Virus record (IMG/VR): IMGVR_UViG_3300026549_000080
Span: 3,431-67,430 of that record
Source: a virus
Taxonomy: Duplodnaviria > Caudoviricetes
Direction: 5' to 3' (one strand)
DNA: 64,000 nucleotides
This document shows, piece after piece, positions 51,524-57,628 of this stretch. The position numbers and the translations under genes were made by a program. Numbering within the stretch: the stretch's first letter is position 1; every line of letters starts with the position of its first letter. The notes under the pieces are model-generated. The model saw only the letters and a program-made list of their open reading frames with translations, made no database searches and had not been told where the DNA came from.

Positions 51524-52662
51524 GAAATTATATAGATGGAATTAATTTTTGGGAACTTGAGGCAATGCGCTATTATGCTCCGCCAAAGAGTTGGGACGCA
51601 GATAAAATAAAAGATACTACAACTTCACGTATTTTTAGTGGAGACTGGTATGGTGCCAGAAAACGTGATGGTGCTTTTTATAAATTTATTAAAGACGAAG
51701 ATGGAAATATGTCTTTGATTGGGCGCAGTAAAAGTAAGTCGGGTGATTATTTAGATAAGTATGATTGGGTTCCTCACCTACACCCATTCTTTGAAAGCCT
51801 TCCCAATGGAACTTGCTTACTTGGGGAGCTTTATCTTCCGCGTAATGAACAGGCGCGTACTACAACATCAATAATGAATTGCCTTCAGCCTAAAGCGGTT
51901 AGTCGTCAAGAAAAAGAAGAAAATAAACTTCATTATTATATATTTGATATACTCGCAGATGAAGGTAGGTCACTTATAAATATGAAAGCAATTAATCGGT
52001 TTCTTTTACTTAATTCATATTTAATTGCTTATGGAGAAAATTATAACCACTGGGCGCAATACAAGTCTGGACAGGAACTTTGGAATATGTTGCAGGAAAT
52101 TCTTGCAGAAGGCGGCGAGGGTGTGGTTATTACTCGTGAAGATGCACCATATCAACCTGGCAAAAGACCATCTAAAGATTGTCTTAAAGTTAAAAAAGAA
52201 CTCCAAGATACAATTGATTGTGTTATTATGGGCGCAGTAGCTCCAACCAAAACCTATACAGGTAAAGAAACTGAATCATGGACTTATTGGTTTGACGATC
52301 AAAACAATAAAAAAATAACCGCTGATGAATATCTCGCTAAATATCACACAAATATCTATGCAGCCTATGTCGATGGCGCGCCAGTGATACCAGTAACTAA
52401 AAACTGGTTTTATGGATGGGCTGGTTCATGGCAAATCGGCGCCTACAAAGATGGAAAGTTGATTCCTATCGGTAAACTCAGCGGTCTTACTGACGAAATG
52501 AAAGAGAATTGGAAAAGTTATACAAATAAGATTGCAGAAGTCAGCTGTATGGAAATAATGGAGAATGACGATGGATCAAAAGGACTTAGGCATCCGAAGT
52601 TAATCTCAGTAAGAGAGGACATAGACCCTAAAGACTGCACTTGGGAGAAAATTTTTGGATAA
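51520..52662 (+). CDS. lig: ATP-dependent DNA ligase
   Basis: KxDG (RKRDG), LGELY, IFDIL, EGVV, KVKK, C-terminal LRHP...REDI. Confidence 0.85.
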   Translation: MRNYIDGINFWELEAMRYYAPPKSWDADKIKDTTTSRIFSGDWYGARKRDGAFYKFIKDEDGNMSLIGRSKSKSGDYLDKYDWVPHLHPFFESLPNGTCLLGELYLPRNEQARTTTSIMNCLQPKAVSRQEKEENKLHYYIFDILADEGRSLINMKAINRFLLLNSYLIAYGENYNHWAQYKSGQELWNMLQEILAEGGEGVVITREDAPYQPGKRPSKDCLKVKKELQDTIDCVIMGAVAPTKTYTGKETESWTYWFDDQNNKKITADEYLAKYHTNIYAAYVDGAPVIPVTKNWFYGWAGSWQIGAYKDGKLIPIGKLSGLTDEMKENWKSYTNKIAEVSCMEIMENDDGSKGLRHPKLISVREDIDPKDCTWEKIFG

Positions 52663-52679
52663 AAATTGATTCTGAAAAT

Positions 52680-52708
52680 TTGAAAAGTTTTTAAAATTTA
52701 ACTATAAT
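52680..52708 (+). promoter_or_regulatory. sigma70/sigmaA promoter driving the ribozyme/large-RNA locus
   Basis: TTGAAA-AGTTTTTAAAATTTAAC(17)-TATAAT. Confidence 0.75.
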
Positions 52709-52783
52709 AAATATATAAGATAAAGAAACGAAGGGCGACGGTTTCTTGTTTTCCTTTCTACCGTCGCCCGCATCGGATGATGT

Positions 52784-52838
52784 GGCATCAATTAAGACTA
52801 CCTCCTCGTGGTGATGCTGGATAACGCTAAATGTCTTT
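52784..52838 (+). ncRNA. minimal HDV-like (theta-type) self-cleaving ribozyme A
   Basis: P1 GGCATC/GATGCT (G1.U), P2 AAGAC/GTCTT, P3 ACC/GGT, L3 TCCTCGT, P1.1 CC/GG, J4/2 GCTAAA. Confidence 0.8.
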
Positions 52839-52839
52839 G

Positions 52840-53450
52840 GTTAAATTGAATATAAGAACTCAGTGTAGAATTACTAAACCAGTAAGCTGAGGCGCAATGG
52901 AATGAATAGGTCGGGTCAACGAAACAGGGATACTTGTGGATAGGCGCCGTAATAAATAAGGTGACTTATTTATTTAAGTGGGTGGAACCCCAAACCTAAG
53001 TTGTGGCGCTTCTGATTATTGCAAGTAAAAGCAGAGTGTGGGTCGGGTCATAATAGAAGCAATTGTGAATAGCTTTTGCTGAATCAAAGTTAGGCATAAG
53101 ACGTGGAACTCTATGCAACCCTTTGAAATTCCAATAAGACTTTTGCCGTGAAGCAGAGAAATCTGTGTATAAGGCCTGCATGTCGCGTACGAGTAGCTCA
53201 AGGCATGACTTTTAATACAAGAAAAGTGTTTTCTTTTGATAAAGAAAGAAAGAAATTTTATGACCGTAAGGTGGGTGAAAGTTAGAAGTAATCAATCTTC
53301 TACGAGATATAGGACGTAAGTCTGTTGAAAGGTGTAAACCCTTTTGGGGTATGTGAGGTTAAGGTCGCTCCTTAGTCTGCGGACATATCTCCTCGGTGGC
53401 TGAATATACTTGAAAATAGTTAGGGGTAAGGTGAAAATCTCTTTTATTTA
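52840..53450 (+). ncRNA. large structured ncRNA, GOLLD-like
   Basis: ~600 nt without a credible ORF, GC-enriched, many hairpins (AATAAATAAG/CTTATTTATT, TAGAAG/CTTCTA, GAGATAT/ATATCTC); the 3' part resembles GOLLD from memory and was not model-tested. Confidence 0.6.
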
Positions 53451-53490
53451 ATTTAATTTTAAAGGCTTGGGGAAGTTCCCCTTGCCATAT

Positions 53491-53555
53491 GGCGTCATGG
53501 GGTTGCCTTCTCGCGGCGGCGCTGAATAGGGTAAGACACCTGAACTAAAACCTTA
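53491..53555 (+). ncRNA. HDV-like self-cleaving ribozyme B
   Basis: P1 GGCGTC/GGCGCT, P2 TGGGGTT/AACCTTA, P3 GCC/GGC, L3 TTCTCGC, P4 TAGG/CCTG, J4/2 ACTAA. Confidence 0.78.
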
Positions 53556-53587
53556 ATAGTTTATATTAAAAAATAGGAGTGTGCGAA

Positions 53588-53857
53588 ATGATTATTTCAA
53601 GTGAGCTAACGGGTAAACAGTATAAAACAGTTCAAGATTGTCTTAGTGATGAAAAACTTTTTAAGAAACAGTTAGAAGAAGAAAAGAAAGCAGAAGAAAA
53701 ACGTAAGAAAGAATTAGAGAAAGCTTATAATGAGGCCGTTATAGCATGTAATAAATATTTAGAACTTTGTGGTGTAAAGACAGGCGTTAAAAAAGGTGAA
53801 GATGAAGATAAATATGACCTTCTTGATAAGTGGGTTGAAATAACATTTGGTATTTAA
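53588..53857 (+). CDS. hypothetical protein
   Basis: ~89 aa; start moved to ATG with AGGAG SD. Confidence 0.6.
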   Translation: MIISSELTGKQYKTVQDCLSDEKLFKKQLEEEKKAEEKRKKELEKAYNEAVIACNKYLELCGVKTGVKKGEDEDKYDLLDKWVEITFGI

Positions 53858-53875
53858 AAGAAAGGATTAAAACAA

Positions 53876-54019
53876 ATGATGAGCAAAGAAATTAGACTTT
53901 TAAGGGCGAAGGTAAGATTACATTATTTAAAAAGTAATGGTAAAAATATTGATTCTCCCGGAGTCGTACAGAAACTTGAAAGAAAAATTAGACGTATGGA
54001 ATCTGAAAAGGGAGATTAA
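53876..54019 (+). CDS. small basic protein (47 aa)
   Basis: Read by hand; AAAGGA SD; terminator-like stem after. Confidence 0.5.
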   Translation: MMSKEIRLLRAKVRLHYLKSNGKNIDSPGVVQKLERKIRRMESEKGD

Positions 54020-54101
54020 TAAAATCTTCCTTTTATTTTAAAATTTTACTTTTAATTATTTTTATTATATAATATATAAGAAATAAAAAAAGGAGATTAT
54101 T

Positions 54102-54314
54102 ATGGCGAATAGACTTGGAACTATGAGATTTGAATTATATGATGAAAGAGAAATTCCATATAATGATTCTATTGACTGTACTTTTACACTTTACAATGAC
54201 GATGATGATGATGAAATTTTGTCTATTGAAGAATATAGAGAGCTATGTGTGAGGTTTGCTGCGGCTATGGGTTTTCATAACAAAACTATTGCAGAATGGT
54301 TTGGGGATTATTAA
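54102..54314 (+). CDS. small acidic hypothetical protein
   Basis: 70 aa, own promoter and SD. Confidence 0.6.
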   Translation: MANRLGTMRFELYDEREIPYNDSIDCTFTLYNDDDDDEILSIEEYRELCVRFAAAMGFHNKTIAEWFGDY

Positions 54315-54364
54315 TAAGTTAATTAAACTATTGGGAAAATATTATAAAAGAAAGTAGGTTGCTA

Positions 54365-54592
54365 ATGATTTTTGGTTTATACTTTGCAGTCGGCGCGGCG
54401 GTTGGGATTTGTTTTGCAACAGTGTGTATTATACTGGCTAATCTATCTGACGAAAAATATCGTAAGCAGCAATTTGAAAATGAAATGATTGATAGAACAG
54501 CTAATGCATGGTCAAGTGGATATAAAAGAGGGCAGGAGGCGGAGAGGAAGAACTTTGAAGACTTTTGGAATGACATGGAGAGAATTTTTTAG
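54365..54592 (+). CDS. small membrane protein
   Basis: N-terminal transmembrane helix. Confidence 0.55.
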   Translation: MIFGLYFAVGAAVGICFATVCIILANLSDEKYRKQQFENEMIDRTANAWSSGYKRGQEAERKNFEDFWNDMERIF

Positions 54593-54717
54593 TTAATTTT
54601 ATATAACTAAAGATTCAAATAGCAACTTATTTAAAGAAAGATTTTAGAGAAAAATAATTTGAAATATTTAAAAAATACTTATATAATATATATAGAAAAT
54701 GAGGAAAGGAGAAAAGC

Positions 54718-55125
54718 ATGTTTAATAATTCTTTAGCTTTTAATAATCATAAAAATGGATTTGAAGTGGCGCGGATGTTGCTTGAAGAAAATAACGTAGT
54801 GATGCTTTCTTATGAAGAAGATTTACTTATTTTGAATTGGGAGTGGACTGAAGGCGCGCAGGCAGATCGTAATTATGTTGTGTTTATGCCACGTTGGGAG
54901 TACGAGGAAGAACAGGACGAGATTGCTAAAGAGGTAAGAGAATGTTGTAAGGAAGAACTTAATGAAAATGCACGGCGAGTTATTGATGAAGTAAAAGAAG
55001 AGCATGCGAAGTTTTATGTGGAAGAAGGCTCATGTGATAAGTGTATCTATTATGATGACGAAATAGAAGATTTTATGTGTGAAACTTGTAAACATAGTTA
55101 TCCAAATAACTTTGTTAGTAAATAA
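54718..55125 (+). CDS. hypothetical protein with C-terminal Cys cluster
   Basis: 135 aa, CDKC...CETC; TTGAAA-17-TATAAT promoter. Confidence 0.6.
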   Translation: MFNNSLAFNNHKNGFEVARMLLEENNVVMLSYEEDLLILNWEWTEGAQADRNYVVFMPRWEYEEEQDEIAKEVRECCKEELNENARRVIDEVKEEHAKFYVEEGSCDKCIYYDDEIEDFMCETCKHSYPNNFVSK

Positions 55126-55220
55126 AATAGAGAGGAAACGGAAAACAGCGGATGCCCATAAAGAGAGAACCTGTCCGAAGGGTTCTGGAGTGTAGTGGCT
55201 ACTCGGCTATCCTCTCTTAT

Positions 55221-55307
55221 GCGGTTGTGTCGGAATTGGCAGACGACTCGGACTTAAAATCCGATGCTCCTGTGAGCGTGTGGGTTCAAATCCCACCAGC
55301 CGCACCA
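55221..55307 (+). tRNA. trnL: tRNA-Leu(UAA)
   Basis: Cloverleaf, long variable arm, loop CTTAAAA, encoded CCA. Confidence 0.93.
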
Positions 55308-55310
55308 CAT

Positions 55311-55385
55311 AAGGACCTGGTGTAATTGGTAGCATAATGGTCTCCAAAACCATTGGTTTAGGTTCAAGTCCTAAGGTTCTTGCCA
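55311..55385 (+). tRNA. trnW: tRNA-Trp(CCA)
   Basis: Loop CTCCAAA, TTCAAGT T-loop, CCA. Confidence 0.92.
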
Positions 55386-55530
55386 ATATAAGGCTTGGGT
55401 AAGAGGACCCTGTAAGTAGTTGATAGTGGAACAATAACCTTTGTCGTTAAATAGCTGGCGCTGAGCGACAATAAACAATAGCGTGAGCGGGCGGAAGCGG
55501 GTAAGCCGCCGCGATATAAATACCGTATTT

Positions 55531-55605
55531 GGTCTATTCGTATAAAAGTTATTATGTCGCCCTGTCACGGCGAAGACAGCGGAGCATTACCGCTATAGAC
55601 CGCCA
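55531..55605 (+). tRNA. trnD: tRNA-Asp(GUC), variant elbow
   Basis: TCGCC-CTGTCAC-GGCGA anticodon arm; T-loop AGCATTA; CCA. Confidence 0.85.
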
Positions 55606-55739
55606 TGGGTTGCAACCCTTTACGCTCGCAGGTTTATTCCATACCAGGGAGAACACGATTTAGAAGGAATACGTTGTCCAGTTTGCGTAAAATTATGGTT
55701 CTCGATAATCCTGATACTGGAAAAAAATCGAATATATAT

Positions 55740-55815
55740 GGCTTTATAGCTCAGTTGGTAGAGCGGGGCGCTGTTAACGCCTGTGTCCTAGGTTCGAGTC
55801 CTAGTGGAGCCGCCA
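55740..55815 (+). tRNA. trnN: tRNA-Asn(GUU)
   Basis: Canonical cloverleaf, loop CTGTTAA, CCA. Confidence 0.93.
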
Positions 55816-55818
55816 CAT

Positions 55819-55893
55819 TGGGGAATCGTCAAGCGGTAAGACACAGCACTTTGACTGCTGTATGCGCAGGTTCGAATCCTGCTTCCCCAGCCA
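55819..55893 (+). tRNA. trnQ: tRNA-Gln(UUG)
   Basis: U1-A72, loop CTTTGAC, CCA. Confidence 0.93.
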
Positions 55894-55894
55894 T

Positions 55895-55982
55895 GGAAAG
55901 TTGCAGGAACGGTAACTGGTTAGATTGCTAATCTAAAGCCATCCGAAAGGGTGAGGAAGTTCGACTCTTCCACTTTCCGCCA
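55895..55982 (+). tRNA. trnS: tRNA-Ser(GCU)
   Basis: Long variable arm, loop TTGCTAA, G73, CCA. Confidence 0.92.
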
Positions 55983-56133
55983 GTAGATCTATCATAACTC
56001 TTGAAACTGATTTAACCAATCGAAGTGTGAAGTTATAGGGGACGGTGGATTAATTATCCAGACTTTGTGGTGAAGTCATAGCGGTAATGACTCTATCGTT
56101 GGTACGTTTTCAACACATCTTTAATTTTTATTA

Positions 56134-56203
56134 ATTTTGAACCTTTTTTATAAAGTTCGAAGTTAGAAAAACTACTTTATATTAGAAAATGGAGGTTCAA
56201 AAT
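56134..56203 (+). promoter_or_regulatory. RBS-sequestering hairpin enclosing putative late promoter of the HNH gene
   Basis: ATTTTGAACCT (56134-56144) pairs with AGGTTCAAAAT (56193-56203), covering SD and start; CTACTTTATATTAG lies between the arms. Confidence 0.7.
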
Positions 56204-56870
56204 GAGTAAAGAATGTGCTTACTGTGGAAAATTATTAACAACAGAACAAAGACATAATACCTATTGCTCTCAAAAGTGTGCCAATGCTGCCAAGAAAAAG
56301 AAGAAAATTGATGCTTGGCTTTCTGGAGAATTTAGCGGGAGTAAAAGTGGTGGTCAACTATCTGTTACAATTCGTAATTATCTTTTAGAAAAAGCAGGAT
56401 ATAAGTGTGAGCTGTGTGGATGGCACGAAATAAATCCTACAACTAATAAAGTGCCTTTAGAAATTCATCATATTGATGGAGATTATGAAAATAATCGACC
56501 CGAAAATTTACAGGTTCTTTGCCCTAATTGTCATTCTTTAACGCCGAATTTTAAAGCGTTGAATACGTCGGAAAGACAAAGAACACAGGTAAGAAAAGAT
56601 AAAAAAGAATATTATTGTGTTGATTGTGGGAAACCAATTAGTAAAGGGTCGACAAGATGTCAACAATGTGAAGCAAAGCATCGTATTACAGAAAAACCAT
56701 ATAGTAGAGAAGAATTAAAACAACTAATTAGAACTACTCCTTTTACAACTATAGGTAAACAAGTTGGAGTTACAGATAATGCTATAAGAAAATGGTGTAT
56801 TCAATATAATTTACCTAGTAAAGTGCGCGATATTAAACAATATAGCGACGAAGAATGGGAAAAAATTTAA
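56202..56870 (+). CDS. HNH homing endonuclease with Zn ribbons and HTH
   Basis: CELCG, LEIHHIDGDYENN..ENLQVLCPNCH, CVDCG, VTDNAIRKW. Confidence 0.88.
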   Translation: MSKECAYCGKLLTTEQRHNTYCSQKCANAAKKKKKIDAWLSGEFSGSKSGGQLSVTIRNYLLEKAGYKCELCGWHEINPTTNKVPLEIHHIDGDYENNRPENLQVLCPNCHSLTPNFKALNTSERQRTQVRKDKKEYYCVDCGKPISKGSTRCQQCEAKHRITEKPYSREELKQLIRTTPFTTIGKQVGVTDNAIRKWCIQYNLPSKVRDIKQYSDEEWEKI

Positions 56871-56873
56871 AAT

Positions 56874-56948
56874 GGTCTCATAGTTTAATCAGTAAAACCG
56901 GCGACTTGTAATCGTCAGACCTCAGAGCATAACTGAGTGAGACCTCCA
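56874..56948 (+). tRNA. trnT: tRNA-Thr(UGU), variant elbow
   Basis: Loop CTTGTAA; T-loop AGCATAA; CCA. Confidence 0.87.
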
Positions 56949-57015
56949 TCAACGGTATCGCTATTGGGTCTATTAAATAGATTCCGCCGATAGTCCTTAA
57001 TTGGACTATCAACTT

Positions 57016-57105
57016 GGAGGGTTGGCAGAGTTTGGCTGATTGCGACGGTCTTGAAAACCGTTGAGTGTAATAGCTCCGTGGGTTCAAATCCCACACCCTC
57101 TTCCA
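57016..57105 (+). tRNA. trnS: tRNA-Ser(UGA)
   Basis: Long variable arm, loop CTTGAAA, CCA. Confidence 0.92.
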
Positions 57106-57148
57106 CTGGATATAGCTCAGCTTGGTAGAGCGCTTGATTTGGGTTCAA
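57106..57148 (+). pseudogene. truncated tRNA-Pro(UGG), 5' half only
   Basis: CTGGATA-TAGCTCAGCTTGGTAGAGC-CTTGA-TTTGGGT-TCAA; no acceptor 3' strand. Confidence 0.75.
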
Positions 57149-57167
57149 TCCCAAGAAAAATTATTGA

Positions 57168-57320
57168 CCAATTTTATATAGTCTCTAATTTAAAATTACT
57201 TATAATTAGAGATAAGTGGGCGTAGGGGAAGAGGGACCCCGCCAGTTTTGGGAACTGGACATTACTGCGTCTTCGAGTGGCGTCGCCCGCACCATGAATA
57301 AAGAGACTATATAAAATTGG
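57168..57320. repeat. perfect 19-bp inverted repeat flanking a tRNA-Pro
   Basis: CCAATTTTATATAGTCTCT (57168-57186) / AGAGACTATATAAAATTGG (57302-57320). Confidence 0.9.
57216..57294 (+). tRNA. trnP: divergent tRNA-Pro(UGG)
   Basis: GTGGGCG/CGCCCGC acceptor, CCAGT-TTTGGGA-ACTGG, TTCGAGT loop, ACCA. Confidence 0.8.
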
Positions 57321-57328
57321 AGGAAGAT

Positions 57329-57409
57329 ATGGGAAAAGCATTAACAAGAGAAGAAGTTATTCGACGATTAAATAAAACATTTATACAAAAAGTTGAATTT
57401 TTAGAATAA
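57329..57409 (+). pseudogene. 26-aa ORF stub (MGKALTREEVIRRLNKTFIQKVEFLE), possible endonuclease remnant
   Basis: Strong GGAGG SD but premature stop; N-terminus resembles phage homing-endonuclease-type starts (inference). Confidence 0.35.
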
Positions 57410-57413
57410 TTAT

Positions 57414-57490
57414 GGACTATTAGCTCAGTTGGTTAGAGCATCCGGCTCATAACCGGCAGGTCGTAGGTTCAAGTCCTACATGGTCCACCA
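57414..57490 (+). tRNA. trnI: tRNA(CAU), Ile2-type
   Basis: Loop CTCATAA; body closely resembles Firmicute lysidine tRNA-Ile2 (GGAC..TAGCTCAGTTGGTTAGAGCA...GGTCCACCA). Confidence 0.8.
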
Positions 57491-57494
57491 ATAT

Positions 57495-57571
57495 GCCCGC
57501 GTAGCCGAATTGGCACAGGCTGCTGACTTAGACTCAGTGTATTGGAGGTTCGAGTCCTCTCGCGGGTACCA
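57495..57571 (+). tRNA. trnL: tRNA-Leu(UAG) with short variable loop
   Basis: Loop CTTAGAC, Leu-type D loop, A73, CCA; variable region only GTATT. Confidence 0.82.
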
Positions 57572-57628
57572 ATTACTCATGCCTTTTAAAAAGGCGTGAG
57601 TTATTTGCATATATAATAGGAGGTAAGT

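Noticed and set aside
55430-55480. Pistol ribozyme (CGTTAAATAG motif)
   Set aside because: No P1 hairpin with a pseudoknot partner and no downstream TAAGCG motif.
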